Source: Octopus vulgaris
Taxonomy: Eukaryota
Length of the DNA stretch: 64,000 nt
Direction of reading: 5' to 3'
Assembly (NCBI GenBank): GCA_951406725.2
Contig: OX597824.1
Location: 13,082,001-13,146,000, forward strand
In this document: positions 1 through 13,043 of the stretch, one piece after another
Position numbering within the stretch: the stretch's first letter is position 1
How the letters are laid out: every line of letters starts with the position of its first letter
The notes under the pieces: generated by a model
Seen by the model: the letters and a program-made list of their open reading frames with translations, nothing else
Database searches by the model: none
Told to the model about the DNA's origin: nothing
Position numbers and translations under genes: made by a program

Positions 1-383
1 AAGAAAGAAGAAGAATAAGAAGAAAAAGAAGAAGAAAAAGAAGAAGGCGGAGGAGAAGAAAAAGAAGAAGAAGAAGAAGAAGAAGGTGATGAAGAAGAAG
101 AAGAAGAAAACTGAAGAAGAAGAAGACTGAAGAAGAAGAAGAAGACTGAAGAAGAAGAAGAAGAAGAAGAAAAAGAAGGTGATGAAGAAGAAGAAGAAGA
201 AGGTGATGAAGAAGAAGAAGAAGAAGAAGAAGAAGAAGGTGAAGAAGAAGAAGAAGAAGAAGAAGAAGAAGAAGAAGAAGAAGAAGAAGAAGAAGAAGAA
301 GAAGGTGATGAAGAAGAAGAAGAAGAAGAAGAAGAAGAAGAAGAAGAAGAAGAAGAAGAAGAAGAAGAAGAAGAAGAAGAAAT
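1..383. repeat. (GAA)n microsatellite
   Basis: Direct: long GAA array with occasional GGT/GAT interruptions; source of the poly-K ORF. Confidence 0.97.
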
Positions 384-664
384 AATCCAACAGAGGTTAA
401 CTGAAATTCTTCATTTTTTGGGGGTGGGGTGGGGGGGAATATTCTAGTGCTGTCGCCGTGTGATGTCTGTTGTGCAGTTAATCTGAGTTATGGTACCGCA
501 AGGAATATCTGGCTGATCTATAGATTCTTAAAAATATAATTTAATGCTTTTTTTTAAAAAAAAACATATACTAATATCTCTTGAAAAACATGTTATTCAT
601 AATTTCGTGTTTGATTAAAACAAGTATGATTAATACAACGTAAATAACAGTTTCCTGTAAACAT

Positions 665-699
<35 letters not shown>

Positions 700-707
700 C
701 ACACACA

Positions 708-771
<64 letters not shown>

Positions 772-1479
772 TAAACACACACACCCATATATATACATAT
801 ATATATCCCTGAATTTTCAACTTTTAGTTCTTTTGTAAAACTTACCATGTGAAGTGCGCCAATAAATTTTTATTTGATCTCCGGTGCGTCTGTGGTTTTA
901 TTTTATTTGATCTTCAGGTTGCCTCGGAGTCAACAGCAAAAAAAATTTAAAATCATGAGATGTTCTATATAATTGAACATATTACTTCTGACATTCGGCT
1001 GTAGTGTAATTAGAATTAGTTATAATGTTATAAAGTTAGAACTTAACGACAGAGCTTTCAATTAAGGAAAAAGTGAAATACATTTAGAAAATTGCAGCGG
1101 AAAGCGAAAACTCTGGCGCAATTAGATCACGAAAAAATAGAAAAAGATACAGAAAAGGAAGTCTAAAAAAAGGAAAAAAAAAATGTTATATTCACTTTAT
1201 GTTTATTTCGTGATGTCTGGCGGTGTTTTCGTTGCACTGTTACAATCTGCTCGTAGACATGATTCAACTCTTACTGGTTGAAAGTGAGTTTCTGATGAGT
1301 TTTTCTAGGTTTTGGGGTCATTCTTGCTTTACCGACCTTACAGACATAATGCACTGCTTACAGAGTTGTTGTTTCGCCTCTTCAATTCCGTCGTGGAACA
1401 TCATTACCATTCCAACTTTTTTCTGTTTTCCTTTTTTCCTTTCACATTTCTTTTTACTCGTTCTTTTTTGGTCATGATG

Positions 1480-2260
1480 TTTACTCGTCAATACCTGCGG
1501 GAATGATATGAACGAGGAGGAGATTCCAAAGGATCGATGCTTTGGTCGTGGAAGACTGACTACAGCGAGTGAAAGGGAGTTCGACGCATCAAGGGCACCG
1601 CGAGTGGGGAGGTAAATTGGTCGGAGGCCAACTTGGCGGAGAGGCCATTATAATAGCGATAGAAATTATAAACAAATGAGACAGCACACATATGGTCAAG
1701 AAGTAGTAATGTGTCCATTAGTGATGGAGTACCAAACAGCCGAGTACTCCTTCTCTGGAACCGAACCAGGACGTCAGAGTATTTGGCAACGTTACCATCC
1801 CAGTTGTGAGAGCATTATTTCACTCTCGACCACATTCAAGCCTAGGATTCTATCAGCAGCTGTTAAGCGTTGAACTATCATCTGGCCCTAAAGAGAAGAG
1901 CTAGTCTTTGAGCTGCGTTTCTAAGGATGTGCTTTCACTAGGGTAGATCATATGGACGGTGAACAGTGAGATTGAAAGCATTCTCGCTGTTCAGCGTACA
2001 TACGGCGATTTATTATGGGTCAGCGGATGTCAGTACGCATTAGCCAACAGTTGGTTCGCTGAAAGTATAAATAAGACATCGGCTCTTGTTGGCTTCATTG
2101 ATCCGGTGATGCTTCTGGTTGACGAGATGCAACAATGTCGAATGTTCCAGAATCTATTGTACTACTGAATTAAGTGTGTTAGGAACGTATTTGCGTCAGA
2201 AAGGAGAAGCTATTCTCCCTTTCACAAAACACAACAGTGATAAACATATTCTCAATCGAA
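1480..2260 (-). mobile_element. Highly decayed CR1/L2-like LINE 3' fragment
   Basis: Minus-strand translation gives scattered motifs EYSAVW, FYRYYNG and LWNLL resembling the C-terminus of CR1/L2-group ORF2; many stops and frameshifts. Confidence 0.35.
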
Positions 2261-2500
2261 TATGCAAGTCATCATTTTGAATCTCACTTTTGTTACTTAT
2301 AATAGTTCTCCCTTTGCACCAAGCCCATTGTAGCTATCTGTGACACCTTTGCGTTGCGCTGTTCGGAATGTAGAGGTTGTTGCCCTAATTATCTTATAAA
2401 TGCTCTTCAATTCCCTTAAATTCAAATTTATTATTTTGAACCAGTGCTTTAAGATTGAGATGACCTCAATATTTATGTTTAATATTTTATTTCTAACATT

Positions 2501-2735
2501 AAGGCGGCGAGCTGGCAGAAACGTTAGCACGCCGGGCGAAATGCTTAGTGGTATTTCGTCTGCCGCTACGTTCTGAGTTCAAATTCCGCCGAGGTTAACT
2601 TTGCCTTTCATCCTTTCGGGGTCGATAAACCAAGTACCAGTTACGCACTGGGGTTGATGTAACCGACTTAATCCAATTGGCTGTTCCTGTTTGTCCCCTC
2701 TATGTTTAGCCCCTTGTGGGCAATAAAAAAAAAAA
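2501..2735 (+). mobile_element. tRNA-derived SINE, type A monomer
   Basis: Head aaggcggcgagctggcagaaacgttagc with B-box-like gagttcaaattcc, central gcctttcatcctttcggggtcgataaa, A-rich tail; TSD atttctaacatt on both sides. Confidence 0.9.
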
Positions 2736-3049
2736 TTTCTAACATTCTTATCTTCTCTTTTATTTTTGTAATTTTCTTTTTCGGTAGTTTTATGTATTTC
2801 CCACTAGTTCGAAAGAAAATTCTTTTCTAATCGTTCAGTTACTAATACTAATATTTTAATTTATTTTAATTAATTTGCGCGTTATTTGAATAGTAATGGC
2901 ACATTTTTCTAACCCCACATGAATTTTGGTTTTACAACTGAATTAATGCACAATTTTTATGGGTCCCATACGAAAGGGTTTACAAACTTTCCATAGTATT
3001 GTAAACATTGAGATATGTTTCAATTTGCTAGTGAATTCAGAGCTAGCGG

Positions 3050-3700
3050 ATGGGTATAACCAATTGTGATTTGCCCCACAAAATTCTTCTTCTAAAGGGA
3101 ATAGAATGCTTTTATCCTTTCCTTTTTATCTTGCTATATAATTGCGTTCCCTTTTGACTTGGCATGGTTGATACACTGTTTTAGTAGCCAAGCTGCTTTG
3201 CTTCATTCTCTCCAATATTCAGAAGTGTGATACGCTGTTAAAGGCTTTTCGGCAGGCAATTAATCTATTCTATATGTAGGGTTTGTTTCGCTTTATTATT
3301 TTTTTTTTTTTGGAAATTTTCAATAACTCCCTTGTTTTCAGATAGTTGTTAATTACATCCATACGACCTCTTAAAACACTCTTCCTGCTCCTTTAGTAAT
3401 ACATCATTATCTTCGAGATGAGCAGCCAGCCAACCAATTGGGCATTATTGCTGTTAGAAATTCATTTATTGTTAGTAAACAAGCTATTGATCTGTGGTTT
3501 TCGAAGTCCCTAGTGTTTTTGCTTCGGTGAACTATTATTGTTTTCTCCCTCCATTAAGCGACCAGGTGTTGATTCTGATATTTTTAGTAATTCATTTTAT
3601 GCTATTGCTATAGTTCCATATATTAGTTTGGCGCCAATATTATTGCGGTTTTCAATCACCAATTTAAAGCAATATACTCAGCTCTAAATAAACTTTAGCA
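3050..3700 (-). mobile_element. Decayed LINE reverse-transcriptase fragment
   Basis: Minus strand gives DFENHRSIACL (NYRPISLL-like) and KAFNSVSH (KAFDSVSH-like) motifs in the expected order, disrupted by stops. Confidence 0.45.
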
Positions 3701-3989
3701 ATCGCGTTAAAACATATTAGAATGTACACCATAGAAGTCTATAGTTCTGCAACCAATGAGCGACCAAAGGAGGTAAAACGCCAAGGTAGGCGAGGCAGAG
3801 TTTCGTATTTCGCCTTTTCAATTTTTCCAGTATACTTTGCAGTACATGCTATCGGACGTTGTCATAGAATACAATTGGTCCTTTTCTATTAAATGATGAT
3901 AGACACCAAAAATTGCAGTTATTCGTGTTTTTATTGATTTATTGTCAATATTTCTCTGCTGTGATGGTTTCATCAGAACTCAAGGAATA

Positions 3990-4463
3990 ATGGTTTCAAA
4001 TTTTGATACTAGACCAGCAATTTCAGGGCGGAGGGTAAGTCGATTACATCGACCCCAGTACTCAGCTGGTACTTATTTTATCGACCTCGATTGGATGAAA
4101 GATAAAGTCAATCTCGCCGGAATTTGAACTCAGAACCTAAAGACGAACGAAGTGCCGCAAAGCATTTTGCATGCTAACGATTCTGCCAGCCCGCTGTCTT
4201 GGGATTCAAGAAATATTTTGGAGTAATTATTATCGGTAAGAAAGGTAATATTGCCTTCAAATTTTGGTTCTAGGCTAGCAAGTTTTGGGGAAAGGGTAAG
4301 TCAATTACATTGATCTCAAAGTTCAACTGGTACATATTTTATCGACCTCGGAAGGGTGAACGGCAAAGTCGGCCTCGGCGAAATTTGAACTCGGAGCATA
4401 AAGACGGACGAAATGTCGCGAAGCATTTCGCCTGGATTGCTAATGATTCTGCTTGCCCACTTC
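3990..4463 (-). mobile_element. Two adjacent diverged type A SINE copies with the alternative tail
   Basis: Two copies (about 3990-4200 and 4255-4463) of the reverse-complement SINE-A body (tttatcgacc...gaaag...aaagtc...gaatttgaactc). Confidence 0.8.
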
Positions 4464-5132
4464 CTTTGTAAAAGGGTAATATTGAAGAGTTTGAGTATAT
4501 GAACTACGTAAACGTTTAAATATTTTAAGTATTTCATTAACAAATTACAGTTTCAGTATTTAAAATCAAGTTATCTGAAGAACCTAGTTATAAAAAAATT
4601 AAAAGAAAAGGAAAACTATATTCCTAACCCACCTTCTAAATATGTTATTGACAGAAACCAATAAATCCGTTTCTTCTAAAGATGGGGGTGATTTTGATAT
4701 AGAGTCAGGATTTATTAAGCAATTTCTCTTTTGAAAACAGATCAGAAATAGATTAGCCAGAAAATTGTTTTTGTACGAGAAGTATTTTTTTTTACAGCTA
4801 CACTCTATCAAAACAATATTACAAGATGCACCTATACTCCACGGGGAGAGAATAACCTTGATTTAGAAATAACTTTGGATCCCAACAGACTAACTAATTT
4901 AAGAAGATGCATTCTTGAAACCAAAAACGATGTCAGACTGAAATCAACAGGAAAAAAAAAAAAAAGAAATCGCCACACAAATGGAAAATGTTAATAACAA
5001 AGAAATACAAAGAAAGAAACGATGAAAATTCCATTAATGTTATAGATATTCAGAACATAAATCACAAAGATGGATCTAGAAGAAAAATAAGCAAAAGCAA
5101 TAGCCCCCCCATCACATACATGAAGAAAATAC

Positions 5133-5496
5133 ACTCTCTTTACTTGTTTCAGTCATTTGACTGTGGCCATGCTGGAGCACCGCCTTTTAGTCGAGCAAAT
5201 CGACCCCCCCAGGACTTATTCTTTGTAAGCCTAGTACTTATTCTATCGGTCTCTTTTACTTGTTTCAGTCATTTGACTGTGGCCATGCTGGAGCACCGCC
5301 TTTTTTAGTCGAGCAAATCGACCCCCCCAGGACTTATTCTTTGGAAGCCTAGTACTTATTCTATCGGTTCTCTTTTTGCCGAACCGCTAAGTTACGGGGA
5401 CGTAAGCACACCGGCATCGGTTGTCAAGCGATGTTGGGGGAACAAACACAGACACACAAACACATACACATACATACATAATACATACATACATAT

Positions 5497-5571
<75 letters not shown>

Positions 5572-5732
5572 CATATATACGACGGATTTCCGTCTACCAA
5601 GTCCAATCACAAGGCTTTGGTCGGCCTGAGGCTATAGTAGAGGACACTTGCCCAAGGTGCCACGCAGTGGGACTGAACCCGGAACCATGAGGTCGGTAAG
5701 CAAGCTACTAACCACACAGCCACTCCTACGCC
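5133..5732 (-). mobile_element. SINE type B (CORE-like head, internal CA/TA microsatellite) with tandem duplication of its 3' about 120 bp
   Basis: Reverse complement of aggcgtaggagtggctgtgtgg...gcaccttgggcaagtg...(TA)(TG)n...cagtcaaatgactgaaacaagtaaaagag; the 3' block occurs twice (5133-5253, 5254-5370). Confidence 0.9.
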
Positions 5733-6293
5733 AATTACATAACAAATTGGAATAAAACAAAGACAACAGACGATATAATAAGAGATGAGCATACCTTCAG
5801 AACGAAAATCAAGAAAACTTTCATCAGAGCCACCGCTACGAAATTATGAACATAAGTGAATAATGATAGGCTAACTGGTAGAGAGTTCTAAAGTTAGAAA
5901 TTTCGACGATGACAATATTCTAAAAGGAGAATTAGTTAGATAATGAAATCAATAGAAGATTTTCGAATGCACTAACAAAAGACATCGACCTTACCACAAG
6001 ACAAAATGACTTGATGGTACAATGGCATTAAGAATAAAAACGGAAACTGTTCCATCATAGACTTACTGGTAATGTCATAAGAGAACATTACCAGGATAAA
6101 GCAATTAATCTGTGTAGCAAGCCGCGCTGTTGCTACAAACGAAAGAGAGAGTACATTCTGAAATGATTTTAATATAGAAATACCGAAATCTGTGTAAAGT
6201 GTGGGGGAAAACAAACACACAGAGAATGACGGAGACTAAGAGATCTCTCGACTCTAAATGCGAACAAATAGCAAAAGATAAAAATGGAAAAGA

Positions 6294-6336
<43 letters not shown>

Positions 6337-6343
<7 letters not shown>

Positions 6344-6830
6344 TTAGAGATAAAACCACTATTAGGCAAATCATACAATGAAAGACTTAAGCCAATACAT
6401 AAGATTAATTAATTTATATTATTTTAAATATATATTAAAATTATTAAAAAAGATAATTAGTATAACACTACGATCGTTTCATGGCTGTCCAATTCGTAAA
6501 AATTCGAGTTACAGTCATTCTTCAGGTGATTTAAATATTTAACTTAGCGAGGTTTAATCAATGAATTTTTACGAATTGGACAGCCATGAAACGATCGTAG
6601 TGTTATACTAATTATCTTTTATTAATAATTTTGATATATATTTAAAATAATATAAATTAATTATTCTTATGTATTGGCTTAAGTCTTTCATTGTATGATT
6701 TGCCTAATAGGGGTTTTATCTCTAATTTAATATAATATAATATTTTACTATAAAATTGGATTCAATCCTAAATCTGATTTTTCTCTGTAAGTTTGGATTT
6801 ATTCCCTAATATTTTATTATATATATATAT
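6337..6830. mobile_element. Palindromic hammerhead-bearing element (Penelope-like pLTR derivative) within (TA)n
   Basis: About 170-bp inverted arms (6337-6505 / 6562-6733), hammerhead motif near the loop, TA arrays on both sides. Confidence 0.7.
6464..6531 (-). ncRNA. Type I hammerhead ribozyme motif (minimal stem III)
   Basis: Minus strand reads CAC CUGAAGA AUGACUGU...ACAGCCAU GAAAC GAUC GUA GUG: complete core, stem II, palindromic GAUC loop III, GUA cleavage triplet, stem I CAC/GUG. Confidence 0.75.
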
Positions 6831-7412
6831 ATATAAAGGAACGTCAACGACCAGGGAATCTATAGACTATATAAACAAAAGACCACAGCTAAGTCGATGA
6901 GAATCTATTGTTACGAAGAGTGGTAAACCTTCTTTGAAAAGCAAAACAGTAAACAGTTTAGGGGGAATGAAAATCGGTGAAATGGGATTGACTTTAGCAA
7001 GAGAATCACAAGCAAACCAACAGTACAATCATTAGAAAATATAACAAGAAAAGGATTACTGCATTTGATGGTGCATAAAATGCACTCCTTCACCAAAATT
7101 AATGTCCCTAAAATCATTCCAGGTCCTATATGCAAAGTTGGGTCTCTCATAAGCTTTAATGCGCTAATAGTTGTTTTTCTTCCCTGAATATGCGCTGTTG
7201 AAATTGGAGTGCGTCTTATATGTCCGAACGTCTCTTATGCCATCAAACACGGTAGCTCAGATGTTATACGTTATAAATAACTGGAGAGCACATTTAAACG
7301 AAACTGAATTATACTTTCGATAAATATATTCAAGAATTATTCACAAAATACTGACAAACATGTTTAACTAAGTGATTTACTGAAAGAAGACAGAAACAAA
7401 ACCTTTCTCATT

Positions 7413-7825
7413 TAGGCGGTAAGCTGGCAGAAACGTTAGCACGCCGGGCGAAATGCTTAGCGGTATTTCGTCTGCCGTTACGTTCTGAGTTCAAATTCCG
7501 CCGAGGTCGACTTCGCCTTTCATCCTTTCGGGATCGATTAAATAAGTACCAGTTACGCACTGGGGTCGATATAATCGACTTAATCTGTTTGTCTGTCCTT
7601 GTTTGTCCTCTCTGTGTTTACCCCCTTGTGGGTAGTAAAGAAATAGGTATTTCGTCTGTCTTTACGTTCTGAATTCAAATTCCGCCGAAGTCGACTTTAC
7701 CTTTCATCCTTTCGGGGTCGATTAAATAAGTACCAGTTACGCACTGGGGTCGATATCGACTTAATCCGTTTGACTGTCCTTGTTTGACTCCTCTGTGTGT
7801 AGCCTCTTGTGGGCAGTAAAAAAAT
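7413..7825 (+). mobile_element. SINE type A dimer
   Basis: Head-body-tail followed by a second body-tail starting at ggtatttcgtctg; TSD aaacaaaacctttct flanks the whole dimer. Confidence 0.9.
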
Positions 7826-8092
7826 AAACAAAACCTTTCTAAATTAAGAATAATCATATTTTTCTCCTTTATCTTCTACTAATTTCAGTCAATAGACTGC
7901 GGCCATGCTGGAGCACCGCACTGAAGAATTTTAGTCGAACGAATCAACTCCACTACTTATCTCATCGGTCTCCTTTGCCGAAGCGCTAAGTTACGGAGAC
8001 TAAGACTCACCAGCACCGTCTGTCAAGCGGTGGTTGGGAACAAGCACAGACACAAAGACACAAACACATACACGCATACTTACGTATATATC

Positions 8093-8296
<204 letters not shown>

Positions 8297-8302
8297 TATA
8301 TG

Positions 8303-8339
<37 letters not shown>

Positions 8340-8343
<4 letters not shown>

Positions 8344-8568
8344 GAGTGTATTTTTACCTTGTTAACAATTAACACGGAAACATGTGTCGGAAGTAAAAAT
8401 ATTTGATTTACACTGCGTTAAACTCCATTTATTTATTCACATATATATATTTATATATGGTATCCTTATTTAATCAGAATTTGGAAAATTGTGGCCTTTG
8501 AAACATGTGTAGAATGTAATAAAAGGAATTCTGTACAATCTTCGTTCAACTCCATTTCTTCCATTCAC

Positions 8569-8575
<7 letters not shown>
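8340..8575 (+). mobile_element. Truncated hammerhead-bearing modules (pLTR-like)
   Basis: GAUGA GUGU...ACAC GGAAAC AUGU GUC at 8341-8389 (core 5' CU lost) and GAAAC AUGU GUA near 8500; downstream tail shared with 13955-13998. Confidence 0.5.
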
Positions 8576-8648
<73 letters not shown>

Positions 8649-8791
8649 TATATAGATATATATATGTATATATATATATATATATATATTGATAGAAATG
8701 GTAAGACAGCAAAAGAATGAGATACCTCGATATTATGTAAATAGAGGAATTTATCTGTAAATGTAATTTGTGACAATTATTCGATAGCTAT

Positions 8792-8852
8792 GATAAAACT
8801 CTGAGTTTCGGATGTCGGGGTGGAAATCCACGCCGCCATCTCTTCAGTTATC
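8792..8852 (-). ncRNA. Type I hammerhead ribozyme motif
   Basis: Minus strand: GAUAA CUGAAGA GAUG GCGG...CCG ACAUC C GAAACU CAG AGUU UUAUC; stem I GAUAA/UUAUC, GC-rich stem II, short stem III. Confidence 0.65.
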
Positions 8853-10029
8853 CGGCCATCGGAAAAAACTGCTATGAGACAGGATTCCCTCAGTTTCTGT
8901 CTACCAAATCTACTCACAAAGATTTGGTCTACTCATGTCTAAACTAAAAGACACCTGCTTAATGTGTCACGCAGAGGGACTGAATCGAGAACCACGTGGT
9001 AGGGAAGCAATCGTCTTGCCGCACACTCACACCTGCGCCTAATATAATAAATGCCAAGACTGAAGAAACATTAAATCGCCAAAAATTATAAATTTATATT
9101 CAGTAGCTTATAGAAAATAAAGCATTAACAATAATATTATATCAAAGAATAATTGATGACTCTGGGAAAAAAAAGAAGCAAAATACCAAAAGCTAGAACT
9201 AAAGCAACATATTTCCTGGCAGGAATTCCGATATGGATGCAAAGATTAAAGTAAAATAACCAAACAAGTTATAACTGAGGACAGCAAAAAGAGAGAAATT
9301 CTGTTCATGTCACGGAGCAATTGTCAGAAATCTTTCGACTGCTTTTCCTAAACGTGGACTTCTATAATACAAACAGCATGTAATATAGCTCCAATAACAA
9401 TCTCTTATACGGACCAAACATAAGGGAATATAGAAATACCACGGATCTTTACAAGAACATCATTCCAATGCAACTCACTCCTTCTACCGTTTCTCTTTCT
9501 CTCTCATGGTTTTCTGGATCGTGCTAACGACTTTAACCAACATGCTAAGCCAAACTGCTGCTATGGGATACAATGAAGCATCAATTATATATGGGTGACC
9601 TCATTTTGTATATTGCAAATAACACAACTGGTAATTCGTAGAAAATTGACATGAAAGTCGTTTAAAAAAATCAAAATGCATTAGGGCAATTTTCAAGAGA
9701 GGAAATTAATTAAAAATACACACCCACCCCCGATGCACGCACGCACACACACACACACACATGCATGCAAACATGCAATACACATATACGCACGCACAAA
9801 CACACATTACACACCTACACACAGGAGCTAATATTAACTATGCTAGCACCAAAAAAAATTGCAGTGGATATATGATCGTGTGTATGTTTTCGTGTATATA
9901 TATATACAGACACACATATAGATACATATATATGTATATATGTGTGTGTGTATATATATATATGTGTGTATGTATATATATATATATATACATATATATA
10001 CAATTACGCATGTATGTATATTTTTGTAC

Positions 10030-10061
<32 letters not shown>

Positions 10062-10062
10062 C

Positions 10063-10119
<57 letters not shown>

Positions 10120-10409
10120 TTTATCAACACCTGTTCCGTTATAATATTTCCTCTAATGTTTGGGCCATGTTTCACGTAGTTGCTTATTATTGGTGTTGGA
10201 TTTATACGTGGCTAATATCAGAATCGACGTTGAAAAATAGTAAAAGAATAAACTTTCTGAGAATCAAGCCATTTCATTGTTTTCCTCATGTGAAAATACA
10301 GCCAAGAGCTAGACAAAAGATAAATTTATAAATACTGCAATTAACTTGGGCGCACACACACACACACACTCATACATATGAAAGCAAAGGCCAAGTCTAG
10401 ACCGAGGGG

Positions 10410-10603
10410 ACTGTAAAAGGCCTGGCAGTATGAGAATTTTCTCTTTCCGTGGCGGTGGAACTCTCATCTTATTTTGTCGACGCTGAAAGGATGAAAAAAA
10501 TGAAGTCGATCTCTTCGGAATTTGAATCCAGAACATAGATGGGAAAGAAATGCCGCTAAGCTTTTTGTCCGGCATGCTAACAAATCTGCCATTTCGCAAC
10601 TCT
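10410..10603 (-). mobile_element. Diverged type A SINE
   Basis: gaaaggatgaaa...gtcgatc..cggaatttgaa...gaaatgccgctaagc...ccggcatgctaac. Confidence 0.7.
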
Positions 10604-10722
10604 TGACAGCTCACCGCTTTTGACAGCTCGCTGCTTTTGACATCTTGCCGTTTTTGACAGCTCACCGCATTTGACAGGTTGTCGCTTTTGATAGCTCACC
10701 GCTTTTGACAGCTTGCCGCTTT
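10604..10722. repeat. 17-bp minisatellite, about 7 units (tgacagctcaccgcttt)
   Basis: Direct tandem repeats visible in the sequence. Confidence 0.9.
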
Positions 10723-11218
10723 TATATCATATATAATATATAAAGTTATGACTTTCATTCATTCTTTTGTTCTTTTACTTGTCTCAGTCATGTGACTGCA
10801 GTCATGCTGGAACACGGCCTTAATATAATTGCATGAAATTTAATTACGTTAAATTTCATATAACTCTTAATATTCTCAGCTTATTTACTTTATCAAAAGT
10901 AAATAAGAACAGAAAGAAAATGAGTATGAGACATTTTAGCGCAGCCCTTTTGGCGCCCCTTTATATGGCGTTGTTGATCAGACGCTGACTTATTTGACAT
11001 AAGACGTTTTAATTTTCGTTTCACTGTTTCTCTCATTCTCTCTCCCCTATCTCACCCTTTCTCTTTCTGTTTACGTTTGTGAGCATATTTCTCTATGTGA
11101 ATGAATAGAGGGAAAGCGTTTATGTCAATCGCATTCAATTAATGAATTGCAATGTCTCTCACTATCCCATGCTTTCTATCTCTTTAATTCTCTCTCTCTC
11201 ACTCATTCGGTCAATATA

Positions 11219-12501
11219 CGAGGGGCGTTCAATAAGTAATGCCCCTGACCCATTTCCCATAGCAGTAGAGCAACGAAACTTGGCACAGTTATTAGTCTTT
11301 TTCTACCTAGAAACCACCCAGAGTTACGCATTTCTCCCATTGCTTGATGCAGCTCTGGAGACCGTTTTTGTAGAAGACCCCAGCTTGGTCCTCCAACCTG
11401 AACGTGACTTCAGAAATCAAGGCTGCATCATCTGGGAAACGCTTTCCTTTCAAAAACAACTTCATGACTGGGAAGAGGTGAAAATCAGAGGGTGCAAGGT
11501 CAGGAAAGTAGGGGGATGGGGGAGGAGCTCATAGCCATACGCCTGTGCTTCTGATCTGGCGACAAGCGAGTTGTGGACCGGAGCGTTGTCCTGCAGGAGG
11601 AGGATGCCTTTGCTGATCTTGCCCCGCCTCTTGATTTTGATAACTTCTCTTAATTTCCTCAAAAGTGAAGCATAATAGGCTCCTGCAATTGTAGTACCCT
11701 TTGCCAGGAAATCTGTCATCACTACTGTGTCCTGGTCCCAGAAGACTGTGAGCATGACCTTGCCAGCGGAGGGCTGCACCCTTGCCTTCTTTGGAGGGGG
11801 TGAGTCACGGTGCTTCCACTGCATTGACTGGGCTTTGGTCTCTGGATCATCGTGATGGACCCAGGTTTCATCCTGTGTAATCAGTCTTTTGAAAAATTTT
11901 GACTCATCTTCTTGGCACATCTCCAAATTCACCCTCGAGCACTCGACGCGTTCTTGCTTCTGGAAAGGCGTGAGCAACCTGGGAATCCGTCTGGCAGACA
12001 CCTTTTGCATATGCAAATGGTCATGAATGATAGTTTCCACAGACCCGGTACTAATCTTGACCCCATGGGCTATTTGGCGAATAATTATGCGTCGATCTTC
12101 CAAAATGGCAGCCTCAACTTGACGGACAGATGCCTCATCAATGGCAGAAGGGGCGACCAGATCTGGGAGCTGTTTCCACAGAGTTCCGACCATGTTTGAA
12201 TTCACGATGCCAGCGTTTTACAAGGTCATATGATGGGGCATCATCACCATAAGTTACTTTCATTTCATCAAAAGTGGTGTGCGTCCTTTTAAATACAAAA
12301 ACCGGATCACTGCTCGACACTCAACAGGCTCCATTTCACACTTGACTCGGTTCAAACACCTGTAAATCAGAAACCACAATTAATTCAGAGCTGTAATTTG
12401 CCACTTACTCTATAGAGATATAAACGATTGCACATGCAACATTTCAGGTAGATCAAACAAATGCAAGTGGGTCAGAGGCATTACTTATTGAACGTCCCTC
12501 G
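11219..12501 (-). mobile_element. Near full-length mariner transposon (about 1.28 kb)
   Basis: TIRs cgaggggcgttcaataagtaatgcccctgaccca / tgggtcagaggcattacttattgaacgtccctcg, TA TSD at both ends. Confidence 0.95.
11293..12334 (-). pseudogene. Mariner transposase, frameshifted
   Basis: MEPVECRAVIRFLYLKG start at 12334; ITQDETWVHH, GKVMLTVFWD, LLQDNAPVH, LLPHPP and DLAPSDFHLF motifs spread over several frames. Confidence 0.92.
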
Positions 12502-12654
12502 TATATACATTTCATCGCGCGCGCGTGAAGGTGTGTATGTGTGTGTGAGTGTGCGTGTGTTCAGTGCCAAAATGTACTGTTCCCAAAACAAGCTGAATGT
12601 CCAGACATCTGCATCAAACCGCCTGCGCCCAAACAGCTGTATTATATCGTCATA

Positions 12655-13043
12655 GTGGAGGCGCAATGGTCCAGTGGTTAGGGCAGCGGACTCGCGGTCA
12701 TAGGATCGCGGTTTCGATTCCCAGACCGGGCGTTGTGAGTGTTTATTGAGCGGAAACACCTAAAAGCTCCACGACGCTCCGGCAGGGGATGGTGGTGATC
12801 CCTGCTGTACTCTTTCACCACAACTTTCTCTCACTCTTACTTCCTGTTTCTGTTGTACCTGTATTTCAAAGGGTCGGCTTTGTCACTCTCTGTGTCACGC
12901 TGAATATCCCCGAGAACTGCGTTAAGGGTACACGTGTGTGCGGAGTGCTCAGCCACTTACACGTTAATTTCACGAGCAGGATGTTCCGTTGATTCGGATC
13001 AACCGGAACCCTCATCGTCGTAACCGACGGAGTGCTTCCATCC
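12655..13043 (+). mobile_element. SINE type C (tRNA head plus R tail, possibly RTE-derived)
   Basis: tggaggcgcaatggtccagtggttaggg...gtttcgattccc head; tail ending taaccgacggagtgcttcca; TSD attatatcgtc. Confidence 0.9.

Noticed and set aside
179-385. Poly-lysine ORF
   Set aside because: Translation of a (GAA)n microsatellite
2501-2590. tRNA gene candidates at SINE heads
   Set aside because: A/B-box-like motifs only; they continue into SINE bodies and no complete cloverleaf is evident
10604-10722. CRISPR-like array
   Set aside because: Contiguous 17-bp units without unique spacers, no cas genes, eukaryotic context
12789-12992. Recurrent small ORFs (MVVIPAVLFHHNF..., GGELAETLARRAK..., MRNWYLFNRP...) that look like a gene family
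   Set aside because: They are translations of SINE copies with TSDs and variable frameshifts
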